This document shows, one piece after another, positions 41,839 through 59,289 of a stretch of DNA of 64,000 nt. Both the position numbers and the translations under genes were made by a program. Position 1 is the stretch's first letter; every line of letters starts with the position of its first letter. Source of the stretch: Eledone cirrhosa (taxonomy: Eukaryota); contig OZ024757.1 of assembly GCA_964016885.1 (NCBI GenBank), forward strand, positions 8,804,001 through 8,868,000. Direction: 5' to 3'. The notes beneath the pieces were generated by a model. It had not been told where the DNA came from. It did not search any database and saw only the letters and a list, made by a program, of their open reading frames with translations.

Positions 41839-43217
41839 TAGGAACACGGCTTCTTAGCTTCTTCGTAAATATACATTTACTACTGAATTTTCTCTAATCT
41901 TGATAACAGTCGTTATAACTAAAATGTATTCTGACATACACACGCATACCGTGTGTGTACACAGAATCTCACAGTCACACACGCACACACATGGTTCACA
42001 CACTCAAAAAGCCACCAAACCAACGGAGAAACACACACAAACTGTTACTCGTTAATGTTATATACAACCCAATATACATATATGTACAGATCAACATACC
42101 CAAAACACTAGCATGACTTCACTTATATATATATATACACACTATTTTATTCATCAGTTCCAGCATACACAATATGTAGACTTTCATGTTTACAAATATA
42201 TGATGTAATCTCGATTTGACATTAATGTTGAAACACGTGTCATAGTTCTCTGTACAGACTAATAGAAAGTGTGTTTGAAATAAAACTTACGTTCGTTGGA
42301 GACAGTGTCTATTGTTATGCCTGGCTGAGAGACAAGGTTCTCTACAGGTGAAATAACTGGAAGAAATATGGAAGAAAATAATAGGAATGCAAGAAGCTTT
42401 TCTTGGGAAGAGTTTGTTATCAATTTGAAGAAATGGTAGAATAAGACGTTGTATTTTGAATTACCTAGACCCATTTAGTTATATATGGGCTGTCTGGAAT
42501 TATGAGACAAATATGGTAGTTTCGATATGTGCATAAAGAACAAATATATATGATGGGATAACCAAATATGTAGAGCAATAGCTGATCTAGTCATACGAGG
42601 ATAAGGAGTATGAACAACGAAGGAAGACCTGAAATAGTGAAGAAGTGTCGGAGGAAATTTTGTTAAAGATGAGAACTCTGATCTGTGAGATTATTCCATC
42701 TACCTCAAAGTATCTTGTGCAACATTCATCTTCTCTTTTTAACCAGAAATGTCATTTTTTCATAGATAACTCTGATAATAGCCTGAAAAAGTGTATCTTT
42801 ACTTTTGACCTCATTGTAATGTCTCTAAGGATCAAGGTCAATAAAATGTTTATCCTTGATTATGTTAGGGAGATTGTAATATAATATTCTTGACTGAAAT
42901 AAGTAGTTATACATTTACTGATCAAAACATAAATAAGTTTCTGAATAATTAATAGATAATTTTAAATTAATAACTTACTCTTTTCGGCAAGTTTGGTCTT
43001 GAGTGTTGCACTTCGAGAAGACAAATATGAAGCGTCAGCTAGAAAACATAAACAAAATAATAGTAAAACTGTATGTATATATATACAAATTTATATTACA
43101 AATACAGAAAACAGTTATTAGATTCATTATCTCTGATATACTGATAAATACACCAGGTCCGAACACAAAAAGAATCGAAGTTACCATGTCCTTACCAAAT
43201 ATATATATATACATTTT

Positions 43218-43275
<58 letters not shown>

Positions 43276-44634
43276 TATAGGAACACGGCGTCTTAGCTTC
43301 TTCGTAAATATACATTTACTACTGAATTTTCTCTAATCTTGATAACAGTCGTTATAACTAAAATGTATTCTTACATACACACGCATACCGTGTGTGTACA
43401 CAGAATCTCACAGTCACACACGCACACACATGGTTCACACTCAAAAAGCCACCAAACCAACGGAGAAACACACACAAACTTTTACTCGTTAATGTTATAT
43501 ACAACCCAATATACATATATGTACAGATCAACATACGCAAAACACTAGCATGACTTCACTTATATATATATATACACACTATTTTATTCATCAGTTCCAG
43601 CATACACAATATGTAGACTTTCATGTTTACAAATATATGATGTAATCTCGATTTGACATTAATGTTGAAACACGTGTCATAGTTCTCTGTACAGACTAAT
43701 AGAAAGTGTGTTTGAAATAAAACTTACGTTCGTTGGAGACAGTGTCTATTGTTATGCCTGGCTGAGAGACAAGGTTCTCTACAGGTGAAATAACTGGAAG
43801 AAATATGGAAGAAAATAATAGGAATGCAAGAAGCTTTTCTTGGGAAGAGTTTGTTATCAATTTGAAGAAATGGTAGAATAAGACGTTGTATTTTGAATTA
43901 CCTAGACCCATTTAGTTATATATGGGCTGTCTGGAATTATGAGACAAATATGGTAGTTTCGATATGTGCATAAAGAACAATTATATATGATGGGATAACC
44001 AAATATGTAGAGCAATAGCTGATCTAGTCATACGAGGATAAGGAGTATGAACAACGAAGGAAGACCTGAAATAGTGAAGAAGTGTCGGAGGAAATTTTGT
44101 TAAAGATGAGAACTCTGATCTGTGAGATTATTCCATCTACCTCAAAGTATCTTGTGCAACATTCATCTTCTCTTTTTAACCAGAAATGTCATTTTTTCAT
44201 AGATAACTCTGATAATAGCCTGAAAAAGTGTATCTTTACTTTTGACCTCATTGTAATGTCTCTAAGGATCAAGGTCAATAAAATGTTTATCCTTGATTAT
44301 GTTAGGGAGATTGTAATATAATATTCTTGACTGAAATAAGTAGTTATACATTTACTGATCAAAACATAAATAAGTTTCTGAATAATTAATAGATAATTTT
44401 AAATTAATAACTTACTCTTTTCGGCAAGTTTGGTCTTGAGTGTTGCACTTCGAGAAGACAAATATGAAGCGTCAGCTAGAAAACATAAACAAAATAATAG
44501 TAAAACTGTATGTATATATATACAAATTTATATTACAAATACAGAAAACAGTTATTAGATTCATTATCTCTGATATACTGATAAATACACCAGGTCCGAA
44601 CACAAAAAGAAACAAGTTACCATGTCCTTACCAA

Positions 44635-44741
<107 letters not shown>

Positions 44742-46115
44742 AACACGGCGTCTTAGCTTCCTCGTAAATACACATTTACTACTGAATTTTCTCTAATCTT
44801 GATAACAGTCGTTATAACTAAAATGTATTCTTACATACACACGCATACCGTGTGTGTACACAGAATCTCACAGTCACACACGCACACACATGGTTCACAC
44901 ACTCAAAAAGCCACCAAACCAACGGAGAAACACACACAAACTGTTACTCGTTAATGTTATATACAACCCAATATACATATATGTACAGATCAACATACGC
45001 AAAACACTAGCATGACTTCACTTATATATATATATACACACTATTTTATTCATCAGTTCCAGCATACACAATATGTAGACTTTCATGTTTACAAATATAT
45101 GATGTAATCTCGATTTGACATTAATGTTGAAACACGTGTCATAGTTCTCTGTACAGACTAATAGAAAGTGTGTTTGAAATAAAACTTACGTTCGTTGGAG
45201 ACAGTGTCTATTGTTATGCCTGGCTGAGAGACAAGGTTCTCTACAGGTGAAATAACTGGAAGAAATATGGAAGAAAATAATAGGAATGCAAGAAGCTTTT
45301 CTTGGGAAGAGTTTGTTATCAATTTGAAGAAATGGTAGAATAAGACGTTGTATTTTGAATTACCTAGACCCATTTAGTTATATATGGGCTGTCTGGAATT
45401 ATGAGACAAATATGGTAGTTTCCATATGTGCATAAAGAACAAATATATATGATGGGATAACCAAATATGTAGAGCAATAGCTGATCTAGTCATACGAGGA
45501 TAAGGAGTATGAACAACGAAGGAAGACCTGAAATAGTGAAGAAGTGTCGGAGGAAATTTGGTTAAAGATGAGAACTCTGATCTGTGAGATTATTCCATCT
45601 ACCTCAAAGTATCTTGTGCAACATTCATCTTCTCTTTTTAACCAGAAATGTCATTCTTTCATAGATAACTCTGATAATAGCCTGAAAAAGTGTATCTTTA
45701 CTTTTGACCTCATTGTAATGTCTCTAAGGATCAAGGTCAATAAAATGTTTATCCTTGATTATGTTAGGGAGATTGTAATATAATATTCTTGACTGAAATA
45801 AGTAGTTATACATTTACTGATCAAAACATAAATAAGTTTCTGAATAATTAATAGATAATTTTAAATTAATAACTTACTCTTTTCGGCAAGTTTGGTCTTG
45901 AGTGTTGCACTTCGAGAAGACAAATATGAAGCGTCAGCTAGAAAACATAAACAAAATAATAGTAAAACTCTATGTATATATATACAAATTTATATTACAA
46001 ATACAGAAAACAGTTATTTGATTCATTATCTCTGATATACTGATAAATACACCAGGTCCGAACACAAAAAGAAACAAGTTACCATGTCCTTACCAAATAT
46101 ATATATATACATTTT

Positions 46116-46219
<104 letters not shown>

Positions 46220-47599
46220 TATAGGAACACGGCTTCTTAGCTTCTTCGTAAATATACATTTACTACTGAATTTTCTCTAATCTTGATAACAGTCGTTATA
46301 ACTAAAATGTATTCTGACATACACACGCATACCGTGTGTGTACACAGAATCTCACAGTCACACACGCACACACATGGTTCACACACTCAAAAAGCCACCA
46401 AACCAACGGAGAAACACACACAAACTGTTACTCGTTAATGTTATATACAACCCAATATACATATATGTACAGATCAACATACGCAAAACACTAGCATGAC
46501 TTCACTTATATATATATATACACACTATTTTATTCATCAGTTCCAGCATACACAATATGTAGACTTTCATGTTTACAAATATATGATGTAATCTCGATTT
46601 GACATTAATGTTGAAACACGTGTCATAGTTCTCTGTACAGACTAATAGAAAGTGTGTTTGAAATAAAACTTACGTTCGTTGGAGACAGTGTCTATTGTTA
46701 TGCCTGGCTGAGAGACAAGGTTCTCTACAGGTGAAATAACTGGAAGAAATATGGAAGAAAATAATAGGAATGCAAGAAGCTTTTCTTGGGAAGAGTTTGT
46801 TATCAATTTGAAGAAATGTTAGAATAAGACGTTGTATTTTGAATTACCTAGACCCATTTAGTTATATATGGGCTGTCTGGAATTATGAGACAAATATGGT
46901 AGTTTCGATATGTGCATAAAGAACAAATATATATGATGGGATAACCAAATATGTAGAGCAATAGCTGATCTAGTCATACGAGGATAAGGAGTATGAACAA
47001 CGAAGGAAGACCTGAAATAGTGAAGAAGTGTCGGAGGAAATTTGGTTAAAGATGAGAACTCTGATCTGTGAGATTATTCCATCTACCTCAAAGTATCTTG
47101 TGCAACATTTATCTTCTCTTTTTAACCAGAAATGTCATTCTTTCATAGATAACTCTGATAATAGCCTGAAAAAGTGTATCTTTACTTTTGACCTCATTGT
47201 AATGTCTCTAAGGATCAAGGTCAATAAAATGTTTATCCTTGATTATGTTAGGGAGATTGTAATATAATATTCTTGACTGAAATAAGTAGTTATACATTTA
47301 CTGATCAAAACATAAATAAGTTTCTGAATAATTAATAGATAATTTTAAATTAATAACTTACTCTTTTCGGCAAGTTTGGTCTTGAGTGTTGCACTTCGAG
47401 AAGACAAATATGAAGCGTCAGCTAGAAAACATAAACAAAATAATAGTAAAACTCTATGTATATATATACAAATTTATATTACAAATACAGAAAACAGTTA
47501 CTTGATTCATTATCTCTGATATACTGATAAATACACCAGGTCCGAACACAAAAAGAAACAAGTTACCATGTCCTTACCAAATATATATATATACATTTT

Positions 47600-47681
<82 letters not shown>

Positions 47682-49055
47682 AACACGGCGTCTTAGCTTC
47701 CTCGTAAATACACATTTACTACTGAATTTTCTCTAATCTTGATAACAGTCGTTATAACTAAAATGTATTCTTACATACACACGCATACCGTGTGTGTACA
47801 CAGAATCTCACAGTCACACACGCACACACATGGTTCACACACTCAAAAAGCCACCAAACCAACGGAGAAACACACACAAACTGTTACTCGTTAATGTTAT
47901 ATACAACCCAATATACATATATGTACAGATCAACATACGCAAAACACTAGCATGACTTCACTTATATATATATATACACACTATTTTATTCATCAGTTCC
48001 AGCATACACAATATGTAGACTTTCATGTTTACAAATATATGATGTAATCTCGATTTGACATTAATGTTGAAACACGTGTCATAGTTCTCTGTACAGACTA
48101 ATAGAAAGTGTGTTTGAAATAAAACTTACGTTCGTTGGAGACAGTGTCTATTGTTATGCCTGGCTGAGAGACAAGGTTCTCTACAGGTGAAATAACTGGA
48201 AGAAATATGGAAGAAAATAATAGGAATGCAAGAAGCTTTTCTTGGGAAGAGTTTGTTATCAATTTGAAGAAATGGTAGAATAAGACGTTGTATTTTGAAT
48301 TACCTAGACCCATTTAGTTATATATGGGCTGTCTGGAATTATGAGACAAATATGGTAGTTTCCATATGTGCATAAAGAACAAATATATATGATGGGATAA
48401 CCAAATATGTAGAGCAATAGCTGATCTAGTCATACGAGGATAAGGAGTATGAACAACGAAGGAAGACCTGAAATAGTGAAGAAGTGTCGGAGGAAATTTG
48501 GTTAAAGATGAGAACTCTGATCTGTGAGATTATTCCATCTACCTCAAAGTATCTTGTGCAACATTCATCTTCTCTTTTTAACCAGAAATGTCATTCTTTC
48601 ATAGATAACTCTGATAATAGCCTGAAAAAGTGTATCTTTACTTTTGACCTCATTGTAATGTCTCTAAGGATCAAGGTCAATAAAATGTTTATCCTTGATT
48701 ATGTTAGGGAGATTGTAATATAATATTCTTGACTGAAATAAGTAGTTATACATTTACTGATCAAAACATAAATAAGTTTCTGAATAATTAATAGATAATT
48801 TTAAATTAATAACTTACTCTTTTCGGCAAGTTTGGTCTTGAGTGTTGCACTTCGAGAAGACAAATATGAAGCGTCAGCTAGAAAACATAAACAAAATAAT
48901 AGTAAAACTCTATGTATATATATACAAATTTATATTACAAATACAGAAAACAGTTATTTGATTCATTATCTCTGATATACTGATAAATACACCAGGTCCG
49001 AACACAAAAAGAAACAAGTTACCATGTCCTTACCAAATATATATATATACATTTT

Positions 49056-49139
<84 letters not shown>

Positions 49140-49299
49140 TATAGGAACACGGCTTCTTAGCTTCTTCGTAAATATACATTTACTACTGAATTTTCTCTAA
49201 TCTTGATAACAGTCGTTATAACTAAAATGTATTCTGACATACACACGCATACCGTGTGTGTACACAGAATCTCACAGTCACACACGCACACACATGGTT

Positions 49300-50519
49300 C
49301 ACACACTCAAAAAGCCACCAAACCAACGGAGAAACACACACAAACTGTTACTCGTTAATGTTATATACAACCCAATATACATATATGTACAGATCAACAT
49401 ACGCAAAACACTAGCATGACTTCACTTATATATATATATACACACTATTTTATTCATCAGTTCCAGCATACACAATATGTAGACTTTCATGTTTACAAAT
49501 ATATGATGTAATCTCGATTTGACATTAATGTTGAAACACGTGTCATAGTTCTCTGTACAGACTAATAGAAAGTGTGTTTGAAATAAAACTTACGTTCGTT
49601 GGAGACAGTGTCTATTGTTATGCCTGGCTGAGAGACAAGGTTCTCTACAGGTGAAATAACTGGAAGAAATATGGAAGAAAATAATAGGAATGCAAGAAGC
49701 TTTTCTTGGGAAGAGTTTGTTATCAATTTGAAGAAATGTTAGAATAAGACGTTGTATTTTGAATTACCTAGACCCATTTAGTTATATATGGGCTGTCTGG
49801 AATTATGAGACAAATATGGTAGTTTCGATATGTGCATAAAGAACAAATATATATGATGGGATAACCAAATATGTAGAGCAATAGCTGATCTAGTCATACG
49901 AGGATAAGGAGTATGAACAACGAAGGAAGACCTGAAATAGTGAAGAAGTGTCGGAGGAAATTTGGTTAAAGATGAGAACTCTGATCTGTGAGATTATTCC
50001 ATCTACCTCAAAGTATCTTGTGCAACATTCATCTTCTCTTTTTAACCAGAAATGTCATTTTTTCATAGATAACTCTGATAATAGCCTGAAAAAGTGTATC
50101 TTTACTTTTGACCTCATTGTAATGTCTCTAAGGATCAAGGTCAATAAAATGTTTATCCTTGATTATGTTAGGGAGATTGTAATATAATATTCTTGACTGA
50201 AATAAGTAGTTATACATTTACTGATCAAAACATAAATAAGTTTCTGAATAATTAATAGATAATTTTAAATTAATAACTTACTCTTTTCGGCAAGTTTGGT
50301 CTTGAGTGTTGCACTTCGAGAAGACAAATATGAAGCGTCAGCTAGAAAACATAACAAAATAATAGTAAAACTGTATGTATATATATACAAATTTATATTA
50401 CAAATACAGAAAACAGTTATTAGATTCATTATCTCTGATATACTGATAAATACACCAGGTCCGAACACAAAAAGAACCGAAGTTACCATGTCCTTACCAA
50501 ATATATATATATACATTTT

Positions 50520-50565
<46 letters not shown>

Positions 50566-51945
50566 TATAGGAACACGGCGTCTTAGCTTCTTCGTAAATA
50601 TACATTTACTACTGAATTTTCTCTAATCTTGATAACAGTCGTTATAACTAAAATGTATTCTGACATACACACGCATACCGTGTGTGTACACAGAATCTCA
50701 CAGTCACACACGCACACACATGGTTCACACACTCAAATAGCCACCAAACCAACGGAGAAACACACACAAACTGTTACTCGTTAATGTTATATACAACCCA
50801 ATATACATATATGTACAGATCAACATACGCAAAACACTAGCATGACTTCACTTATATATATATATACACACTATTTTATTCATCAGTTCCAGCATACACA
50901 ATATGTAGACTTTCATGTTTACAAATATATGATGTAATCTCGATTTGACATTAATGTTGAAACACGTGTCATAGTTCTCTGTACAGACTAATAGAAAGTG
51001 TGTTTGAAATAAAACTTACGTTCGTTGGAGACAGTGTCTATTGTTATGCCTGGCTGAGAGACAAGGTTCTCTACAGGTGAAATAACTGGAAGAAATATGG
51101 AAGAAAATAATAGGAATGCAAGAAGCTTTTCTTGGGAAGAGTTTGTTATCAATTTGAAGAAATGTTAGAATAAGACGTTGTATTTTGAATTACCTAGACC
51201 CATTTAGTTATATATGGGCTGTCTGGAATTATGAGACAAATATGGTAGTTTCGATATGTGCATAAAGAACAAATATATATGATGGGATAACCAAATATGT
51301 AGAGCAATAGCTGATCTAGTCATACGAGGATAAGGAGTATGAACAACGAAGGAAGACCTGAAATAGTGAAGAAGTGTCGGAGGAAATTTGGTTAAAGATG
51401 AGAACTCTGATCTGTGAGATTATTCCATCTACCTCAAAGTATCTTGTGCAACATTCATCTTCTCTTTTTAACCAGAAATGTCATTCTTTCATAGATAACT
51501 CTGATAATAGCCTGAAAAAGTGTATCTTTACTTTTGACCTCATTGTAATGTCTCTAAGGATCAAGGTCAATAAAATGTTTATCCTTGATTATGTTAGGGA
51601 GATTGTAATATAATATTCTTGACTGAAATAAGTAGTTATACATTTACTGATCAAAACATAAATAAGTTTCTGAATAATTAATAGATAATTTTAAATTAAT
51701 AACTTACTCTTTTCGGCAAGTTTGGTCTTGAGTGTTGCACTTCGAGAAGACAAATATGAAGCGTCAGCTAGAAAACATAAACAAAATAATAGTAAAACTC
51801 TATGTATATATATACAAATTTATATTACAAATACAGAAAACAGTTATTTGATTCATTATCTCTGATATACTGATAAATACACCAGGTCCGAACACAAAAA
51901 GAAACAAGTTACCATGTCCTTACCAAATATATATATATACATTTT

Positions 51946-52035
<90 letters not shown>

Positions 52036-53396
52036 TATAGGAACACGGCTTCTTAGCTTCTTCGTAAATATACATTTACTACTGAATTTTCTCTAATCTT
52101 GATAACAGTCGTTATAACTAAAATGTATTCTGACATACACACGCATACCGTGTGTGTACACAGAATCTCACAGTCACACACGCACACACATGGTTCACAC
52201 ACTCAAAAAGCCACCAAACCAACGGAGAAACACACACAAACTGTTACTCGTTAATGTTATATACAACCCAATATACATATATGTACAGATCAACATACGC
52301 AAAACACTAGCATGACTTCACTTATATATATATATACACACTATTTTATTCATCAGTTCCAGCATACACAATATGTAGACTTTCATGTTTACAAATATAT
52401 GATGTAATCTCGATTTGACATTAATGTTGAAACACGTGTCATAGTTCTCTGTACAGACTAATAGAAAGTGTGTTTGAAATAAAACTTACGTTCGTTGGAG
52501 ACAGTGTCTATTGTTATGCCTGGCTGAGAGACAAGGTTCTCTACAGGTGAAATAACTGGAAGAAATATGGAAGAAAATAATAGGAATGCAAGAAGCTTTT
52601 CTTGGGAAGAGTTTGTAATCAATTTGAAGAAATGGTAGAATAAGACGTTGTATTTTGAATTACCTAGACCCATTTAGTTATATATGGGCTGTCTGGAATT
52701 ATGAGACAAATATGGTAGTTTCGATATGTGCATAAAGAACAAATATATATGATGGGATAACCAAATATGTAGAGCAATAGCTGATCTAGTCATACGATGA
52801 TAAGGAGTATGAAAAACGAAGGAAGACCTGAAATAGTGAAGAAGTGTCGGAGGAAATTTTGTTAAAGATGAGAACTCTGATCTGTGAGATTATTCCATCT
52901 ACCTCAAAGTATCTTGTGCAACATTCATCTTCTCTTTTTAACCAGAAATGTCATTCTTTCATAGATAACTCTGATAATAGCCTGAAAAAGTGTATCTTTA
53001 CTTTTGACCTCATTGTAATGTCTCTAAGGATCAAGGTCAATAAAATGTTTATCCTTGATTATGTTAGGGAGATTGTAATATATTATTCTTGACTGAAATA
53101 AGTAGTTATACATTTACTGATCAAAACATAAATAAGTTTCTGAATAATTAATAGATAATTTTAAATTAATAACTTACTCTTTTCGGCAAGTTTGGTCTTG
53201 AGTGTTGCACTTCGAGAAGACAAATATGAAGCGTCAGCTAGAAAACATAAACAAAATAATAGTAAAACTGTATGTATATATATACAAATTTATATTACAA
53301 ATACAGAAAACAGTTATTAGATTCATTATCTCTGATGTACTGATAAATACACCAGGTCCGAACACAAAAAGAAACAAGTTACCATGTCCTTACCAA

Positions 53397-53495
<99 letters not shown>

Positions 53496-54869
53496 AACAC
53501 GGCGTCTTAGCTTCCTCGTAAATACACATTTACTACTGAATTTTCTCTAATCTTGATAACAGTCGTTATAACTAAAATGTATTCTTACATACACACGCAT
53601 ACCGTGTGTGTACACAGAATCTCACAGTCACACACGCACACACATGGTTCACACACTCAAAAAGCCACCAAACCAACGGAGAAACACACACAAACTGTTA
53701 CTCGTTAATGTTATATACAACCCAATATACATATATGTACAGATCAACATACGCAAAACACTAGCATGACTTCACTTATATATATATATACACACTATTT
53801 TATTCATCAGTTCCAGCATACACAATATGTAGACTTTCATGTTTACAAATATATGATGTAATCTCGATTTGACATTAATGTTGAAACACGTGTCATAGTT
53901 CTCTGTACAGACTAATAGAAAGTGTGTTTGAAATAAAACTTACGTTCGTTGGAGACAGTGTCTATTGTTATGCCTGGCTGAGAGACAAGGTTCTCTACAG
54001 GTGAAATAACTGGAAGAAATATGGAAGAAAATAATAGGAATGCAAGAAGCTTTTCTTGGGAAGAGTTTGTTATCAATTTGAAGAAATGGTAGAATAAGAC
54101 GTTGTATTTTGAATTACCTAGACCCATTTAGTTATATATGGGCTGTCTGGAATTATGAGACAAATATGGTAGTTTCGATATGTGCATAAAGAACAAATAT
54201 ATATGATGGGATAACCAAATATGTAGAGCAATAGCTGATCTAGTCATACGAGGATAAGGAGTATGAACAACGAAGGAAGACCTGAAATAGTGAAGAAGTG
54301 TCGGAGGAAATTTGGTTAAAGATGAGAACTCTGATCTGTGAGATTATTCCATCTACCTCAAAGTATCTTGTGCAACATTCATCTTCTCTTTTTAACCAGA
54401 AATGTCATTCTTTCATAGATAACTCTGATAATAGCCTGAAAAAGTGTATCTTTACTTTTGACCTCATTGTAATGTCTCTAAGGATCAAGGTCAATAAAAT
54501 GTTTATCCTTGATTATGTTAGGGAGATTGTAATATAATATTCTTGACTGAAATAAGTAGTTATACATTTACTGATCAAAACATAAATAAGTTTCTGAATA
54601 ATTAATAGATAATTTTAAATTAATAACTTACTCTTTTCGGCAAGTTTGGTCTTGAGTGTTGCACTTCGAGAAGACAAATATGAAGCGTCAGCTAGAAAAC
54701 ATAAACAAAATAATAGTAAAACTCTATGTATATATATACAAATTTATATTACAAATACAGAAAACAGTTATTTGATTCATTATCTCTGATATACTGATAA
54801 ATACACCAGGTCCGAACACAAAAAGAAACAAGTTACCATGTCCTTACCAAATATATATATATACATTTT

Positions 54870-54933
<64 letters not shown>

Positions 54934-56313
54934 TATAGGAACACGGCTTCTTAGCTTCTTCGTAAATATACATTTACTACTGAATTTTCTCTAATCTTGA
55001 TAACAGTCGTTATAACTAAAATGTATTCTGACATACACACGCATACCGTGTGTGTACACAGAATCTCACAGTCACACACGCACACACATGGTTCACACAC
55101 TCAAAAAGCCACCAAACCAACGGAGAAACACACACAAACTGTTACTCGTTAATGTTATATACAACCCAATATACATATATGTACAGATCAACATACGCAA
55201 AACACTAGCATGACTTCACTTATATATATATATACACACTATTTTATTCATCAGTTCCAGCATACACAATATGTAGACTTTCATGTTTACAAATATATGA
55301 TGTAATCTCGATTTGACATTAATGTTGAAACACGTGTCATAGTTCTCTGTACAGACTAATAGAAAGTGTGTTTGAAATAAAACTTACGTTCGTTGGAGAC
55401 AGTGTCTATTGTTATGCCTGGCTGAGAGACAAGGTTCTCTACAGGTGAAATAACTGGAAGAAATATGGAAGAAAATAATAGGAATGCAAGAAGCTTTTCT
55501 TGGGAAGAGTTTGTTATCAATTTGAAGAAATGTTAGAATAAGACGTTGTATTTTGAATTACCTAGACCCATTTAGTTATATATGGGCTGTCTGGAATTAT
55601 GAGACAAATATGGTAGTTTCGATATGTGCATAAAGAACAAATATATATGATGGGATAACCAAATATGTAGAGCAATAGCTGATCTAGTCATACGAGGATA
55701 AGGAGTATGAACAACGAAGGAAGACCTGAAATAGTGAAGAAGTGTCGGAGGAAATTTGGTTAAAGATGAGAACTCTGATCTGTGAGATTATTCCATCTAC
55801 CTCAAAGTATCTTGTGCAACATTCATCTTCTCTTTTTAACCAGAAATGTCATTTTTTCATAGATAACTCTGATAATAGCCTGAAAAAGTGTATCTTTACT
55901 TTTGACCTCATTGTAATGTCTCTAAGGATCAAGGTCAATAAAATGTTTATCCTTGATTATGTTAGGGAGATTGTAATATAATATTCTTGACTGAAATAAG
56001 TAGTTATACATTTACTGATCAAAACATAAATAAGTTTCTGAATAATTAATAGATAATTTTAAATTAATAACTTACTCTTTTCGGCAAGTTTGGTCTTGAG
56101 TGTTGCACTTCGAGAAGACAAATATGAAGCGTCAGCTAGAAAACATAACAAAATAATAGTAAAACTGTATGTATATATATACAAATTTATATTACAAATA
56201 CAGAAAACAGTTATTAGATTCATTATCTCTGATATACTGATAAATACACCAGGTCCGAACACAAAAAGAACCGAAGTTACCATGTCCTTACCAAATATAT
56301 ATATATACATTTT

Positions 56314-56359
<46 letters not shown>

Positions 56360-57739
56360 TATAGGAACACGGCGTCTTAGCTTCTTCGTAAATATACATT
56401 TACTACTGAATTTTCTCTAATCTTGATAACAGTCGTTATAACTAAAATGTATTCTGACATACACACGCATACCGTGTGTGTACACAGAATCTCACAGTCA
56501 CACACGCACACACATGGTTCACACACTCAAATAGCCACCAAACCAACGGAGAAACACACACAAACTGTTACTCGTTAATGTTATATACAACCCAATATAC
56601 ATATATGTACAGATCAACATACGCAAAACACTAGCATGACTTCACTTATATATATATATACACACTATTTTATTCATCAGTTCCAGCATACACAATATGT
56701 AGACTTTCATGTTTACAAATATATGATGTAATCTCGATTTGACATTAATGTTGAAACACGTGTCATAGTTCTCTGTACAGACTAATAGAAAGTGTGTTTG
56801 AAATAAAACTTACGTTCGTTGGAGACAGTGTCTATTGTTATGCCTGGCTGAGAGACAAGGTTCTCTACAGGTGAAATAACTGGAAGAAATATGGAAGAAA
56901 ATAATAGGAATGCAAGAAGCTTTTCTTGGGAAGAGTTTGTTATCAATTTGAAGAAATGTTAGAATAAGACGTTGTATTTTGAATTACCTAGACCCATTTA
57001 GTTATATATGGGCTGTCTGGAATTATGAGACAAATATGGTAGTTTCGATATGTGCATAAAGAACAAATATATATGATGGGATAACCAAATATGTAGAGCA
57101 ATAGCTGATCTAGTCATACGAGGATAAGGAGTATGAACAACGAAGGAAGACCTGAAATAGTGAAGAAGTGTCGGAGGAAATTTGGTTAAAGATGAGAACT
57201 CTGATCTGTGAGATTATTCCATCTACCTCAAAGTATCTTGTGCAACATTCATCTTCTCTTTTTAACCAGAAATGTCATTCTTTCATAGATAACTCTGATA
57301 ATAGCCTGAAAAAGTGTATCTTTACTTTTGACCTCATTGTAATGTCTCTAAGGATCAAGGTCAATAAAATGTTTATCCTTGATTATGTTAGGGAGATTGT
57401 AATATAATATTCTTGACTGAAATAAGTAGTTATACATTTACTGATCAAAACATAAATAAGTTTCTGAATAATTAATAGATAATTTTAAATTAATAACTTA
57501 CTCTTTTCGGCAAGTTTGGTCTTGAGTGTTGCACTTCGAGAAGACAAATATGAAGCGTCAGCTAGAAAACATAAACAAAATAATAGTAAAACTCTATGTA
57601 TATATATACAAATTTATATTACAAATACAGAAAACAGTTATTTGATTCATTATCTCTGATATACTGATAAATACACCAGGTCCGAACACAAAAAGAAACA
57701 AGTTACCATGTCCTTACCAAATATATATATATACATTTT

Positions 57740-57829
<90 letters not shown>

Positions 57830-59190
57830 TATAGGAACACGGCTTCTTAGCTTCTTCGTAAATATACATTTACTACTGAATTTTCTCTAATCTTGATAAC
57901 AGTCGTTATAACTAAAATGTATTCTGACATACACACGCATACCGTGTGTGTACACAGAATCTCACAGTCACACACGCACACACATGGTTCACACACTCAA
58001 AAAGCCACCAAACCAACGGAGAAACACACACAAACTGTTACTCGTTAATGTTATATACAACCCAATATACATATATGTACAGATCAACATACGCAAAACA
58101 CTAGCATGACTTCACTTATATATATATATACACACTATTTTATTCATCAGTTCCAGCATACACAATATGTAGACTTTCATGTTTACAAATATATGATGTA
58201 ATCTCGATTTGACATTAATGTTGAAACACGTGTCATAGTTCTCTGTACAGACTAATAGAAAGTGTGTTTGAAATAAAACTTACGTTCGTTGGAGACAGTG
58301 TCTATTGTTATGCCTGGCTGAGAGACAAGGTTCTCTACAGGTGAAATAACTGGAAGAAATATGGAAGAAAATAATAGGAATGCAAGAAGCTTTTCTTGGG
58401 AAGAGTTTGTAATCAATTTGAAGAAATGGTAGAATAAGACGTTGTATTTTGAATTACCTAGACCCATTTAGTTATATATGGGCTGTCTGGAATTATGAGA
58501 CAAATATGGTAGTTTCGATATGTGCATAAAGAACAAATATATATGATGGGATAACCAAATATGTAGAGCAATAGCTGATCTAGTCATACGATGATAAGGA
58601 GTATGAAAAACGAAGGAAGACCTGAAATAGTGAAGAAGTGTCGGAGGAAATTTTGTTAAAGATGAGAACTCTGATCTGTGAGATTATTCCATCTACCTCA
58701 AAGTATCTTGTGCAACATTCATCTTCTCTTTTTAACCAGAAATGTCATTCTTTCATAGATAACTCTGATAATAGCCTGAAAAAGTGTATCTTTACTTTTG
58801 ACCTCATTGTAATGTCTCTAAGGATCAAGGTCAATAAAATGTTTATCCTTGATTATGTTAGGGAGATTGTAATATATTATTCTTGACTGAAATAAGTAGT
58901 TATACATTTACTGATCAAAACATAAATAAGTTTCTGAATAATTAATAGATAATTTTAAATTAATAACTTACTCTTTTCGGCAAGTTTGGTCTTGAGTGTT
59001 GCACTTCGAGAAGACAAATATGAAGCGTCAGCTAGAAAACATAAACAAAATAATAGTAAAACTGTATGTATATATATACAAATTTATATTACAAATACAG
59101 AAAACAGTTATTAGATTCATTATCTCTGATGTACTGATAAATACACCAGGTCCGAACACAAAAAGAAACAAGTTACCATGTCCTTACCAA

Positions 59191-59289
<99 letters not shown>
